In this document: positions 38,786 to 49,681 of the stretch, in pieces
Numbering within the stretch: position 1 is the first letter of the stretch
Layout of the letters: each line of letters opens with the position of its first letter
DNA from: an uncultured bacterium
Lineage (GTDB): Bacteria > Planctomycetota > UBA1135 > GCA-002686595
Length of the DNA stretch: 64,000 bases
Assembly: GCA_943787795.1 (NCBI GenBank)
Contig: CALSNU010000006.1
Coordinates: forward strand, 192,001-256,000
Reading direction: 5' to 3'
Program-made: the position numbers and the translations under genes
Notes under the pieces: model-generated
What the model was told of the DNA's origin: nothing
Database searches by the model: none
What the model saw: the letters and a program-made list of their open reading frames with translations, nothing else

Positions 38786-39065
38786 GGCGCGACCAAGGGC
38801 CACGTGCAAACCGCCGCAGGCCCGTCAGGAAACAGATCCAGAGAGATACTAGCGGGGACCCTCGACCGATAGAATCCGGGGGAAGAAACCCGGGCCCCAG
38901 GCCCTTTGTCCTGCGGACCCCACCCACTGTGACCCAGCGTCGCATGGGTCGCTGCACGCAGGTCCCCCACCGACAGCCCCCCCGCCTTGTCGGGTCTCAT
39001 CGAGCCCGCCTCTGATCCCAGCCGCGCCCCAGGGCGTGCGAGCCGACGAGGACCATCAGCCATCC

Positions 39066-39710
39066 ATGAACTCGTTCATCCGTTTCCTGAACTCATCCAT
39101 CGGGCGCAAGTACGTGATGGCCGTGACCGGCCTCTCGCTGACGCTGTTCCTGCTGGTGCACATGGCCGGCAACCTCACCCTCTACGCGGGCAATGAGGCA
39201 TTCAACGAGTACGCGGACCTCCTCGAGAGCAACCCCCTGCTCCCCCTCGCCGAGGCGGGCCTGCTGGTGCTCTTCGTGGTCCACATCCTGTTTGCGGTCC
39301 TGCTGACCGGCCGAAACAAGACCTCCCGCTCCGACAAGTACCAGTCGAACCTGGGCATGGGGTCCAAGACCGTGGCCTCCACCACCATGTGGATCACCGG
39401 CCCGGTGCTCCTGGTCTTCCTCGTCATTCACATCTGGGACTTCCGGATCTCGAAGGAGCTCATCGAGGAGTACGACCTCGCCCAGATGGTCGTCGATCGC
39501 CTGCGACACCCGCTCGGTTTCGTGATCTACACCGCGTCGATCGCCATGGTCGGTTTGCACATGTGGCACGCCTTCCAGAGCGCCTTCCAGACCCTGGGTG
39601 TGGCACATCCGCGCTATCGCGCTCTCATTCAGAACACAGGCCGACTGATCACCGCCTTGCTTGTCGCTGGTTTTGGCGGCATTCCGTTCTATCTGTTCTT
39701 CACGGGCTGA
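39066..39710 (+). CDS. sdhC: Succinate dehydrogenase cytochrome b subunit
   Basis: SSIGRKYVMAVTG, HMAGNL and HMWHAFQSAFQTLG; five TM helices. Confidence 0.93.
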   Translation: MNSFIRFLNSSIGRKYVMAVTGLSLTLFLLVHMAGNLTLYAGNEAFNEYADLLESNPLLPLAEAGLLVLFVVHILFAVLLTGRNKTSRSDKYQSNLGMGSKTVASTTMWITGPVLLVFLVIHIWDFRISKELIEEYDLAQMVVDRLRHPLGFVIYTASIAMVGLHMWHAFQSAFQTLGVAHPRYRALIQNTGRLITALLVAGFGGIPFYLFFTG

Positions 39711-39758
39711 ACCGACCCGGACGCTCCCCGCTCGACCGGGCCACTCCACGCACGAACC

Positions 39759-41702
39759 ATGACGATCGCAGACTCCCACGCCAGCTCCCCCCGCCTCGAC
39801 TCCAAGGTCCCGGGCGGGCCCATGGACGAGCGCTGGTCGAACCACAAGTTCGACCTCAAGCTCGTCAACCCCTCCAATCGCCGCAAGTTCGACGTCATCG
39901 TCGTCGGCACCGGCCTCGCCGGGGGCTCCGCCGCGGCGACGCTGGCGGAGATGGGCTACAACGTCAAGTCGTTCTGTATCCACGACAGCCCGCGCCGCGC
40001 GCACTCCATCGCGGCACAGGGCGGCATCAACGCGGCGAAGAACTACAAGGGGGACGGCGACAGCGTCCACCGGCTCTTCTACGACACCGTCAAGGGCGGC
40101 GACTACCGCAGCCGCGAGTCCAACGTCCACCGCCTCGCCGAGGTGTCGGTGGACATCATCGACCAGTGCGTCGCCCAGGGCGTCCCCTTCGCCCGCGAGT
40201 ACGGCGGGTTGCTGGACAACCGCTCCTTCGGCGGCGCGCAGGTCTCACGGACCTTCTACGCGCGGGGTCAGACCGGACAGCAGCTGCTCCTCGGCGCCTA
40301 CGGCGCCATGAACCGGATGATCCACGCCGGGCGCATCGACAGCTACACCAAGCGTGAGATGGTCGACCTCGTGGTCGTGAATGGCGTGGCGCGGGGCATC
40401 ATTGTCCGCAACCTCGTGACCGGCGAGTACGAGCGGCACGCCGCCCACGCGGTGCTCATGTGCACCGGCGGCTACGGCAACGCGTTCTTCCTGTCCACGA
40501 ACGCCAAGAACTCCAACGTCACCGCGGCGTGGCGTGCGCACAAGCGCGGGGCCTTCTTCGCGAACCCCTGCTACACCCAGATCCACCCCACCTGCATCCC
40601 GCGGTCGGGCGATTACCAGTCGAAGCTCACGCTCATGAGCGAGTCGCTGCGCAACGACGGGCGAGTCTGGGTCCCCGAGAAGGAAGGCGACCCGCGGGCT
40701 CCCCAGGACATCCCGGAGTCGGAGCGCGATTACTACCTGGAGCGCAAGTACCCGAGCTTCGGCAACCTCGTCCCCAGGGACGTGGCGTCACGGAACGCGA
40801 AGACCGTGTGCGACGAGGGACGCGGCGTCGGACCCACCGGTGAGGCGGTCTACCTCGACTTCGGCGACGCGATCCGTCGCGACGGCAAGGAGACCATCGC
40901 CTCCCGCTACGGGAACCTCTTCGAGATGTACGAGCGGATCACGGGCGACAACCCGTACGAGGTCCCCATGCGCATCTTCCCTGCGGTCCACTACACGATG
41001 GGCGGCCTCTGGGTGGACTACAACCTGGAGAGCACCATCCCGGGCCTCTTCGTCCTCGGTGAAGCGAACTTCTCGGACCACGGCGCCAACCGCCTCGGGG
41101 CAAGCGCGCTCATGCAGGGCCTCGCGGACGGCTACTTCGTGATCCCCGCCACCATCGCGAGCCACCTCGCCGGACGCACCCTCGAGGCCGTGTCCGTCAA
41201 CGATGACGCCTTCAAGGAGGCCGAGGCCAAGGCTCGAGAGCGCGCCGACAAGCTCCTCGCGTGCAACGGCAATCGGAGCGTGGACTCGCTCCACCGTGAG
41301 CTCGGCAACACCGTCTGGAACTACTGCGGCATGGAGCGCACGGCGGAGGGACTCCAGGAGGGCATCCTCAAGGTGCGCGAGCTGCGGGCCAAGTTCTGGA
41401 GCAACGTCAAGGTGAACGGGGACCCGAACCACGTGAACCAGGACCTCGAGAAGGCCGGCCGCGTGGCGGACTTCATGGAGTTCGCGGAGGTCATGTTCAA
41501 TGACGCCCTCGTCCGGGACGAGTCCTGCGGCGGTCACTTCCGCGCCGAGCACCAGACCGAGGAGGGCGAGGCCCGTCGAGACGACGAGAACTATGCCCAC
41601 GTCAGCGCGTGGGAGTTCACCGAGGAGCAGAAGCTCCCCACCGAACACCGCGAGCAGCTCACCTTCGAAGAGGTCAAGCTGACCACTCGTAGCTACAAGT
41701 GA
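39759..41702 (+). CDS. sdhA: Succinate dehydrogenase/fumarate reductase flavoprotein
   Basis: [27 protein letters not shown] and HGANRLG. Confidence 0.97.
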   Translation: MTIADSHASSPRLDSKVPGGPMDERWSNHKFDLKLVNPSNRRKFDVIVVGTGLAGGSAAATLAEMGYNVKSFCIHDSPRRAHSIAAQGGINAAKNYKGDGDSVHRLFYDTVKGGDYRSRESNVHRLAEVSVDIIDQCVAQGVPFAREYGGLLDNRSFGGAQVSRTFYARGQTGQQLLLGAYGAMNRMIHAGRIDSYTKREMVDLVVVNGVARGIIVRNLVTGEYERHAAHAVLMCTGGYGNAFFLSTNAKNSNVTAAWRAHKRGAFFANPCYTQIHPTCIPRSGDYQSKLTLMSESLRNDGRVWVPEKEGDPRAPQDIPESERDYYLERKYPSFGNLVPRDVASRNAKTVCDEGRGVGPTGEAVYLDFGDAIRRDGKETIASRYGNLFEMYERITGDNPYEVPMRIFPAVHYTMGGLWVDYNLESTIPGLFVLGEANFSDHGANRLGASALMQGLADGYFVIPATIASHLAGRTLEAVSVNDDAFKEAEAKARERADKLLACNGNRSVDSLHRELGNTVWNYCGMERTAEGLQEGILKVRELRAKFWSNVKVNGDPNHVNQDLEKAGRVADFMEFAEVMFNDALVRDESCGGHFRAEHQTEEGEARRDDENYAHVSAWEFTEEQKLPTEHREQLTFEEVKLTTRSYK

Positions 41703-41721
41703 TCCCGAGGAGACCAGTCAG

Positions 41722-42495
41722 ATGATTCAAAAGAAGAACCACGGCGACCTGCGCATCGTCCTCGAGGTCTGGCGCCAGAACGGCCCGGGCGCCCCCGGCG
41801 CGTTCGAGGAGCACGAGGTCATGGCCAACGAGCACATGTCCTTCCTCGAGCTCCTCGACGTGCTCAACGAGCAGCTCGTGGAGTCCGGCCAGGAGCCCTT
41901 CGTATTCGAGCATGACTGCCGCGAGGGCATCTGCGGCTCCTGCTCCATGACGATCGACGGCAAGCCGCACGGCCCGCGCGACCGGACCACCGCGTGCCAG
42001 CTCCACATGCGCGAGTACCGCAACGGCGACCGCGTGCGCGTCGAGCCCTGGCGCGCCAACGCGTTCCCGGTGGTCAAGGACCTCATGACCGACCGCAGCG
42101 CCTTTGATCGAATCCAGCAGGCGGGCGGCTACGTGTCCATCAACACGGGCTCCGCACCGGATGCGCACGCCATGCCGATCAACAAGGAGAACGCAGACAT
42201 GGCGTTCGACGCGGCGGCGTGCATCGGCTGCGGCGCCTGCGTCGCGGCGTGCCCGAACGCCTCGGCCATGCTCTTCACCTCCGCCAAGCTCAGCCAGTAC
42301 ACGCTGCTGCCCCAAGGCCAGCCCGAGCGTGATCAGCGGGCCCTGGGCATGGTGGAGCAGATGGACGCCGAGGGATTCGGCAACTGCACCAACCACTACG
42401 AGTGTGAGGCCGCCTGCCCCAAGGGCATCTCCGTCACCAACATCGCCCGCATGAACCGGGAATACGCCCGGGCGACCCTGCGGCGCCGAGACTGA
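41722..42495 (+). CDS. sdhB: Succinate dehydrogenase iron-sulfur subunit
   Basis: [21 protein letters not shown] and [12 protein letters not shown]. Confidence 0.97.
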   Translation: MIQKKNHGDLRIVLEVWRQNGPGAPGAFEEHEVMANEHMSFLELLDVLNEQLVESGQEPFVFEHDCREGICGSCSMTIDGKPHGPRDRTTACQLHMREYRNGDRVRVEPWRANAFPVVKDLMTDRSAFDRIQQAGGYVSINTGSAPDAHAMPINKENADMAFDAAACIGCGACVAACPNASAMLFTSAKLSQYTLLPQGQPERDQRALGMVEQMDAEGFGNCTNHYECEAACPKGISVTNIARMNREYARATLRRRD

Positions 42496-42793
42496 CGGGC
42501 CAAGACCCTCATGCAGGGGCAGTGAATCTGCCTCGCCGGGACCCTTGAGGCTCCCAGCTAGCTCCTTCAGGGCAGCAGCCGCCCGCGGCTCTGCCCTGAA
42601 CTTATTTTGCTGCCGCCGCCGCGGGACCGTCGCTCCGGACGTCGCGGGGTCTCGATGGCGTGCGGGAGGGGCCAAGCCTCCAATTCCCCCTGCTTCAGCT
42701 CCGAGAATTTGTCCGCTCTGCGAGAATGCGAACCCCTTCAGGGCGAACAGGCCTGCTCCCGGCGTCGCAAGCTCCCTTCTCGGCAAGTACCCG

Positions 42794-44980
42794 ATGAATC
42801 CCATGCTCAACAAGGCTCTCCTCACGACAACTCTCTGCGTCCTCCTCGGCGGCTCCGCCCTCGCTCAGGCCCCCACGCTCCAGGCCAACCCCGCGGCGAA
42901 CAACGGGCAGAGCATCAACGGCGTCGGGCTGTTCTTCGACGTGGAGAGTCTCGTTGGCTCGCGCATCACGCACCTGACCACCGCCTCAAGCACATCCCTT
43001 GGAGCGACCTTTCGTATCGAGGTCCTCACGCGCCCAGGTTCAGTCCTGGGCAATCCGGGACCCGGTCAGAGCCTGAGCGGTTGGACCTCCCTCGGCGTGG
43101 CCACCGGGAGACAGAACTCGACCGACGGGTCACTTCCGTCCGAGGTGATCGACATCCCAGACATCGAGGTCCCCTGCAACGGTGTGGTCGGGGTCGCCGT
43201 CGTCTTCGTCGATACGAGCGTCCAGTACTTCGGCACCGGGCCGGCTCCCCTTCAGACCTTCACGGACGGGGTGCTGACGCTCACGACGGGCGACGCCCGG
43301 AGCATTCCCTTCAGCACTGGCAGCCCCTGGCTCAGCTCCCGTGGACTTGTCGGGGAGCTGATTTACGAGGAGGTCAGAGAGCCGGGCCGGCTCTTCATGC
43401 GAAAGACGTTCGGCGGCTTCACGGACATCTCAACGACGGGTACGCCCCTGAGCCTCGGCGACGACGAGGAGAGGGACATCTTCACCGCTGTGGGAAACAG
43501 CGTGTTCGGCTCGGGCAACGTGAGGATCGGCAGCAATGGAGGCGTCCGCTTCCCCGGCGCCACGGTGGGAGCCGATTTGTTCCCCGGCAACCGCCCTCTA
43601 CCCAGCATCAGCGCCTTCAACGGGGCCGTCGCCCTCCTGCCTTTCTGGGACGACATCGATACCCAGTCCGGGTCCGTGGGGCAGATCTACTGGCAGCAGG
43701 ATTGCTGCGAGCTGATCATTCAGTGGGACGACGTCGGCTTCTACAACGGGGCGCCGTCAGAGCGGGCCACCTTCCAGCTCACGGTGTACGCCAATGAGGA
43801 CGTCCTCGCACAGTTCTCTTACCGCGACGTGGAGGGCGCACGTGCAGGCGGTGGTGAGTCCGCCACCATCGGGTTTCAGGCCGGCGGTTTGAGCGAGACC
43901 TTCCAGTACTCCTTCGACGCCAGATCCGCGGTGGACAACTTCACCAACATCGAGATCGTCCAGTCTCCGGCTCTCATCTTCGACAACACCCTCCCCGGGG
44001 CCTACGTCGACATCTCGTCCACCGGCACGCCCCTGAACCTCGCGGACGACGAGTCGATCGACATCGTCACGACGATCGGCAACGAGCTGCTGAACGCCGG
44101 CGTCGTGCGCGTCGGCAGCAACGGGGGCCTGCGCTTCGCGGGCAGCAGCCCGGACCTCGGCCCCGGCAACCAGCAGATCCCAAGCCTCATGGCCTTTGGC
44201 GCCGAGCAAGCGCTCCTGCCGTTCTGGGACGACATCAACACCGACTCGGGCCAGGGAGGGCAGATCTACTGGGAAGAGATCGGCACGAGCTTGATCGTGC
44301 AGTGGGACCGCGTCGAATTCTTCGGGTCGGGCAGCACGCAGACAGCCACCTTCCAGGTCCAGGTGCACGCCGCCGGGCCCACCTACGCCCAGTTCCTCTA
44401 CGAGGATGTGAGCGGAGCGCGAGCGGCCAATGGCGGCTCGGCGACCGTCGGCTACCAGGACCCTTCCACCGGAGGCGGATCCACTGTCAGCTTCGACAGC
44501 CCGATCATTCAGGATGGCTCGGTCTGGTCGCTGACGACCCGCCAACCCGATGTCGGGACGAGCTATTGTGGCCCTGCTAACGTGAACTCCACCTTCGGGA
44601 GCGCGCAGATCACCGCCAGCGGGAGCCGCTCTGCCGCCTGTGACACCCTTGTCCTGACCGCCTCGGTGCTGCCCGCCAACACCTTTGGCTTCTTCCTTGT
44701 CTCGCGGGACACGGGCTTCGCGGCGAGTCCCGGTGGGTCCCAGGGCAACCTGTGCTTGAGCGGCTCGATCGGCCGCTCCGTGGGGCTGGGCATCCTCAAC
44801 TCGGGTCCGAGCGGCACCATCTCAACGCCCGCACTCCTGAGCGCGCTCCCCACCCCCACAGGTGCGGTCTCGGCGCTCCCGGGGGACACCTGGAACTTCC
44901 AGGCATGGTTCCGGGACAACCTGAACGGGACGACGACCTCGAACTTCACCGACGCCGTTCAGGTCAAGGTCGGACTCTGA
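42794..44980 (+). CDS. Secreted protein with two nidogen (NIDO)-like repeats and the shared C-terminal domain
   Basis: Signal peptide ...GSALA-Q; two ~190-aa repeats DIS.TGTPL.L.DDE...GSNGG.RF...LLPFWDDI...IQW/VQW...ATFQ...SAT.G[FY]Q. Confidence 0.85.
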   Translation: MNPMLNKALLTTTLCVLLGGSALAQAPTLQANPAANNGQSINGVGLFFDVESLVGSRITHLTTASSTSLGATFRIEVLTRPGSVLGNPGPGQSLSGWTSLGVATGRQNSTDGSLPSEVIDIPDIEVPCNGVVGVAVVFVDTSVQYFGTGPAPLQTFTDGVLTLTTGDARSIPFSTGSPWLSSRGLVGELIYEEVREPGRLFMRKTFGGFTDISTTGTPLSLGDDEERDIFTAVGNSVFGSGNVRIGSNGGVRFPGATVGADLFPGNRPLPSISAFNGAVALLPFWDDIDTQSGSVGQIYWQQDCCELIIQWDDVGFYNGAPSERATFQLTVYANEDVLAQFSYRDVEGARAGGGESATIGFQAGGLSETFQYSFDARSAVDNFTNIEIVQSPALIFDNTLPGAYVDISSTGTPLNLADDESIDIVTTIGNELLNAGVVRVGSNGGLRFAGSSPDLGPGNQQIPSLMAFGAEQALLPFWDDINTDSGQGGQIYWEEIGTSLIVQWDRVEFFGSGSTQTATFQVQVHAAGPTYAQFLYEDVSGARAANGGSATVGYQDPSTGGGSTVSFDSPIIQDGSVWSLTTRQPDVGTSYCGPANVNSTFGSAQITASGSRSAACDTLVLTASVLPANTFGFFLVSRDTGFAASPGGSQGNLCLSGSIGRSVGLGILNSGPSGTISTPALLSALPTPTGAVSALPGDTWNFQAWFRDNLNGTTTSNFTDAVQVKVGL

Positions 44981-45438
44981 CCGCGACGGCGGGCCTCCGG
45001 CCCTTTGAACAGTCGGCCGATAGGTCCGCTCAAGGGATCACCGAGAGGGCCACTGAAGGGCCCGCTGCCCCAGTCCGGGTGGCGGGCCTGCTCTGTTCGC
45101 TGGGGTCCTCTCGCCGCAGCCCGCCCCCAGCGGATCAGGGGCCTCGCGACCCCATCGAGCCCCCTGCCCCCCCGCTCCCTCTGGCAGCCCATACGGCTCA
45201 GTCACCCCTGCGGACGCGGGACGCGTGGGTCGTGGTGTCCGTGCTTCCAAGGGGCACCGACGATCACCGCCAGACCGCCAGTGATTGGAGTGGCGAGGTG
45301 GGCCCAGTTGGACCCGGCGACCATGGCGGCGCCAGGCGCGGTTCTTCCAGGCGCCGTCGCTCTCGCCCGAGTGACGTCCGTCGAACCGGTCTGACCGAAG
45401 GTTCAGCGAGTGCAGGGAGGCACTGGGTGCGGCCTGAA

Positions 45439-46893
45439 TCAGGCAGCCCCGATGGGCGCGGGCTCCTGGGCGAGCTCGGGCTGCGGCTCCGTGGAGCAGG
45501 GGGACGGGCGGACCCAGCTCAGCGATACGCCCCCGGCGGCACAGGCCCGCGCGAGCTCGGCCCGAAGATCGGGCTGGGCCATCTCGATGGCGCAGTGCAC
45601 CGCCGCCGCACGGCCTGCTCGGATGGTCCCGAGCGCTCCTATTGCCGAGTCGAAGACCCATACCCTCGCGGCGGTCTCCTGGCCGAGGCGATCGATCCGC
45701 AGTCGAGCGCGACGGGGATCCCCGTCGATCAGGATGACCGGATCGGCTTCCGCGGGAGCCGAACGAATGCTGATGCACGCTCGGGTGCCGAGGCCAGCAG
45801 CGCTCTGCACTCGGAGCCCCGCCCCGACCTCCGACAGGGCCAGACGAAGGCTCGCGGTGCCGAGCCCCGTGGACTGCGGCATACCAACTCCGGGCAGCGC
45901 CCCCGACGGGGCATCAGACCGGAGATCAGACCGCCGAGCGCCAAGGCCCCCGTCGAGGAAGACCTTCAGCGCTGCAGGCGCCATCCCGTCTCCGTCGTCG
46001 GCGACGACCACGTCGAGATCAAGCCCCAGCTCGGCGGCACCTCGCTGATCGACCTCGACCGTCACGCTGCCGGGCCCCCTCGCTCCTCGCGAGGCGGCCT
46101 CCAGCGCGTTGGTGAGGAGGTTGCGAATGGCTCGAGCCATGGCGTTCCTGGGAGCGAGGATGTAGAGCGAGCCCTTGCACCTCACACGCAGCGCAGGCTG
46201 ACCGCTGGCGCCACCGCGGGCGGCCGCCGTGGCCGCCTTGGCCTCCTCCAGGAGGAGATCCTTGAGCTTGATGAGGGTGGGGTGGGGCACCCGCTGGGAG
46301 CTCTCCGCGCCGAGCGCTGCTTGAGCGAGTTCACGGGCCGAGGACAGAGCCTCGAGCACGCGCCCGCCGTCCTCCTCTCCGCCTCGCGTGGCATAGAGCA
46401 CGGCCCGCGTCAGTTCGTTGCGCAGATCGTGAGCCGCGGCTGCGGCATTCCGGCCCTGCGCCGCGGCCCTCTCTGCCCGTCGCAAGCGCTCACGAGCGGC
46501 TCGTCGGGCCCCCATGGCAGCGGCCAGCGACCCCACCTCCAGGAGGGTCTTCCTGGGCGGCAGCGCCCCCTGGGGCGCTGCGACGACCAGCTCACCGCCG
46601 TCGACATGAATGGTGGCCTCGTCGCTCCCCGAGCCACCGCACGGCTCGACCCCGGAGCTCACCTCCAGGATCCCCTGCCGACCGCTGGCCTTGACGAGGG
46701 CTCTCTCACACGGAAATGCGAGGTCAAAGTCACCCTCTCGGCCCACAGGTCGCCACCCGAGGCGTACCAGACCGAGGCGGGCAGCGGTCTCTGTCCACGC
46801 CTCATCTGCCTCCGGGTCGACCTCGCCGTCGATGGAGCTGGAGCCAAACGGCAGCGAGAGCCATTCGGTCAGGGGTGTCCAGGGCAGCCTCAC
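45439..46893 (-). CDS. Cytoplasmic histidine kinase-like protein with a degenerate C-terminal receiver-like domain
   Basis: AAHDLRNEL, RNLLTNALEA, DDGDGM and TGLGT; the VILIDGD tail lacks an obvious phospho-Asp. Start uncertain. Confidence 0.75.
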   Translation of the reverse strand: MRLPWTPLTEWLSLPFGSSSIDGEVDPEADEAWTETAARLGLVRLGWRPVGREGDFDLAFPCERALVKASGRQGILEVSSGVEPCGGSGSDEATIHVDGGELVVAAPQGALPPRKTLLEVGSLAAAMGARRAARERLRRAERAAAQGRNAAAAAHDLRNELTRAVLYATRGGEEDGGRVLEALSSARELAQAALGAESSQRVPHPTLIKLKDLLLEEAKAATAAARGGASGQPALRVRCKGSLYILAPRNAMARAIRNLLTNALEAASRGARGPGSVTVEVDQRGAAELGLDLDVVVADDGDGMAPAALKVFLDGGLGARRSDLRSDAPSGALPGVGMPQSTGLGTASLRLALSEVGAGLRVQSAAGLGTRACISIRSAPAEADPVILIDGDPRRARLRIDRLGQETAARVWVFDSAIGALGTIRAGRAAAVHCAIEMAQPDLRAELARACAAGGVSLSWVRPSPCSTEPQPELAQEPAPIGAA

Positions 46894-47134
46894 CCTCGCG
46901 AGTCTGCCTGCTTGGGAGGCCCGATAGAAGCCTCAGGGACTCGATCCTTCGACCAGTGGGGCAACCTCGGTTACGCCGCCGGAACACACCCCGAGGGGCC
47001 TCCGTGCGCGACACCCCGCCGCCGTGGCGAAAAGTCGAGTCAGTGCCCCGTATGAACCGTGTCTGACCGTGCTGAGAGCACTATTATGGGGCGCGTCGTG
47101 GGAGTGATCCCGCGGCGTGGAGTTGGGCTCGCCC

Positions 47135-47151
47135 TTGGCACGGCCCTTGCT
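47135..47151 (+). promoter_or_regulatory. Sigma-54 (-24/-12) promoter
   Basis: TTGGCACGGCCCTTGCT matches YTGGCACG-N4-TTGCW; intergenic, ~160 bp upstream of ATG 47311. Confidence 0.75.
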
Positions 47152-47310
47152 CCTCCGTGGGTCACCGCCGGAGTTCTCCTCCCGCCCCGGCCTCACAACT
47201 TGACCCAAGCGTCGAGCGCTCGACGACCCGAACGGGTCCCGGAGCGTGGCTGCGTGAACCCGAACCGATTGATCACCGAGATCCGCAAGATCGACACGAT
47301 CCAGTCAACC

Positions 47311-49446
47311 ATGAAGAACCAGATGCTCGTTAGCGCCCTCGTTGCAGTCGGCGCGCTCTGCCTCCCCGCGACCTCCTTCGGTCACGGCGGCACCTACCGG
47401 GGCCCCGGTGACACCGTTCCGCCCGGTGGCGGCGGTGGCGGTGGCGGAGGCGGCGGCCCTGCCTCCCCCGGCCCGTCCGGCCCCTCGGCCCCCGGTCCGT
47501 CCGGTCCCTCGACCCCGGGCCCCGCCTCACCTGGCGCCCCCGCGGCGGGCCCGACGCAATCTGGCCCCACCTCGGGTGGGCCGGTGGCGATCGGCCAGGA
47601 CTTTTCGATCTGGGACTTCTGGTGGGGCTTCAACAAGGAGCCGTACCTCAACCTTCGTTCCAAGGTTCGCAGCGGCAACGTGCAGTCCGGTGGCGACGAC
47701 TTCTTCCTCGGCCGCGGTCAGGCCGAGCAGGTCAAGGACACGCTCCGCCCGACCCCGGACATGATCCGGAACGAGGTCGTCCCCGCCCTCAAGCTGGCCC
47801 TCGAGAAGGAGCGCCAGAATGACATCATCACTGGCTCGCTCATCGCTCTGGCGAAGATCGGCGACACCCAGGACTCCGACGGGACCTCCGAGTTCCAGGA
47901 GATCTTCGCGGGCTTCCTCGACAACGGTGAGCAAGAGATCTCCGAGACCGCGACCCTCGCGCTCGGCATCCTCGCGGACGATCGGACGGTCCCCATGCTC
48001 GTCTCGCTGATGCGCGACGACCCCGTGGCACGCAAGCTGGTGGGCAAGGAAGTCCCGATGCGCACGCGGTCCTTCGCCGCGTATGGCCTCGGGCTTGTGG
48101 GCTACCGGACGAGCGACAACGCCGTTCGCCAGACCATCGTCGAGCACCTCGTGGACATCCTCGAGATGCCCGACTTCGCTCAGCCGGACATCAAGGTTGG
48201 CGCGATCGCGTCGCTCGGGCTCATCCCGCTTGATTGGGACAGCGAGGCCGCTGCTGATGAGGCCGAGGGCAATGCTGCCACAGCCGCCAACAGGGCTGCG
48301 CTGCTCCGCTATCTCATCACTCGAATGAACGCGGACACCCGCGGCGAAAAGGGCGGCTTCGAGCAGTTCCGTGTGCGTTGCCAGGTCCCGATCGCTGCCG
48401 CGCGTCTCCTCGCGTCGCACGAGACCGAGGTCCCCGAGGCCCAGCTTGGGCTGCGCGGCGAGGTGATCAACCAGCTCCTCTCGCTCGTGGCCAAGAACTC
48501 GAAGGAGAAGACCGTCGAGGTCCTCCAGTCGAGCACGGTCGCCCTCGGAATGATCGGTAACGCCGAGAGCGGCGACACCGAAGGCGCCAAGCAGAACAAG
48601 GACATCTTCGACGAGCTGAAGCGGATCGCCAAGGATTCCGCCGACAACCAGACCGAGTACTTCGGGCTGATGGCTCTGGCCCAGATGGGCAGCCGTCCGG
48701 GCTCCGCCGGCGACAAGCGTGGCCTCCAGCCCATGGCCCAGAAGGAGCTCATGAGCGCCCTCGGGAGGGGTAAGGGCCAAAAGAAGCCGTGGGCTGCGAT
48801 GTCCCTCGGGGTCTTCGGCAACGCTCTCCTTGAGAACGACGGAACGCTGGACACCACGGTGCTCTCCGCCGTGCGCGACGCCGCCCGCAAGGGTGATCGT
48901 CCCGCCGAGGCTGGCGCCTACGCGGTGGCTCTCGGCCTTATGAAGGACACCGCGTCCGAGGATCTCCTTCTCGAGCGACTGGAGTACTTCAGCCAGGACG
49001 ACACTCGCGGTTACATCGCGGTGGGTCTGGGCCTCATGGAAGCCAACAGCTCCATCGAGCGTTTGAACGAGATCATCAACAAGTCCAAGTTCCGGCCTGA
49101 CCTCCTCAAGCAGGCGGCAGTCGGTCTCGGTCTTCTCGGGGATAAGTCCGCGGTGAAGGGTCTGGTCGAGATGCTCCGGACCGCCAAGGGTCTCTCGGCC
49201 CAGGCCGCCATCGCGAGCGCGCTCGGGACGATCGGTGACGCGAACTCGGTGGCGCCGCTTGTGGCCATGCTGAGCGACACGACCATCACGGACACCGCAC
49301 GCGGGTTCGCGGCGGTGGCGCTCGGGATCGTCTGTGACAAGCAGGACCTGCCCTGGAACACGCCGATCGCGAAGAACACCAACTATCGCGCGAACGTCTC
49401 CACGCTGACCAACGGCATCGGAACGGGCATCCTGGACATCCTGTGA
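47311..49446 (+). CDS. Secreted HEAT-repeat protein with a Gly/Pro-rich N-terminal linker
   Basis: MKNQMLVSALVAVGALCLPATSFG-HGG...; G10 and GPS repeats; many A.ALG helical repeats; ends GTGILDIL. Confidence 0.85.
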   Translation: MKNQMLVSALVAVGALCLPATSFGHGGTYRGPGDTVPPGGGGGGGGGGGPASPGPSGPSAPGPSGPSTPGPASPGAPAAGPTQSGPTSGGPVAIGQDFSIWDFWWGFNKEPYLNLRSKVRSGNVQSGGDDFFLGRGQAEQVKDTLRPTPDMIRNEVVPALKLALEKERQNDIITGSLIALAKIGDTQDSDGTSEFQEIFAGFLDNGEQEISETATLALGILADDRTVPMLVSLMRDDPVARKLVGKEVPMRTRSFAAYGLGLVGYRTSDNAVRQTIVEHLVDILEMPDFAQPDIKVGAIASLGLIPLDWDSEAAADEAEGNAATAANRAALLRYLITRMNADTRGEKGGFEQFRVRCQVPIAAARLLASHETEVPEAQLGLRGEVINQLLSLVAKNSKEKTVEVLQSSTVALGMIGNAESGDTEGAKQNKDIFDELKRIAKDSADNQTEYFGLMALAQMGSRPGSAGDKRGLQPMAQKELMSALGRGKGQKKPWAAMSLGVFGNALLENDGTLDTTVLSAVRDAARKGDRPAEAGAYAVALGLMKDTASEDLLLERLEYFSQDDTRGYIAVGLGLMEANSSIERLNEIINKSKFRPDLLKQAAVGLGLLGDKSAVKGLVEMLRTAKGLSAQAAIASALGTIGDANSVAPLVAMLSDTTITDTARGFAAVALGIVCDKQDLPWNTPIAKNTNYRANVSTLTNGIGTGILDIL

Positions 49447-49483
49447 GCCCTGGCCGCCCCAGCGGCGGCACAAGGACTCCTTC

Positions 49484-49524
49484 AAACGGCCCCGGTCGCT
49501 CACTGAGCGCCGGGGCCGTTTTTT
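49484..49524 (+). terminator. Rho-independent terminator
   Basis: aaacggccccgg...ccggggccgttttt stem followed by a T run. Confidence 0.85.
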
Positions 49525-49681
49525 GTGCGCCGAGAGAGCATGCCCCGCGCTCCCCCTGCCCGCCCCGCAGGTTGCCGGAGGCCTCTCGCCGTCCAGCCCC
49601 TCATGCCCTTCGCCCCAAAACGCGGCTGGGGCCCGACCCTAATCCAGTGACAAGGCCACAACGGCCGTATATTGCCCGCGG

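Noticed and set aside
44752..47055. 767-aa + strand ORF
   Set aside because: Low-complexity Arg/Pro/Gly translation antisense to the kinase, which has proper motifs. The same applies to 34351..36144, 47527..49503, 49601..51025, 55598..57049 and 57057..58718.
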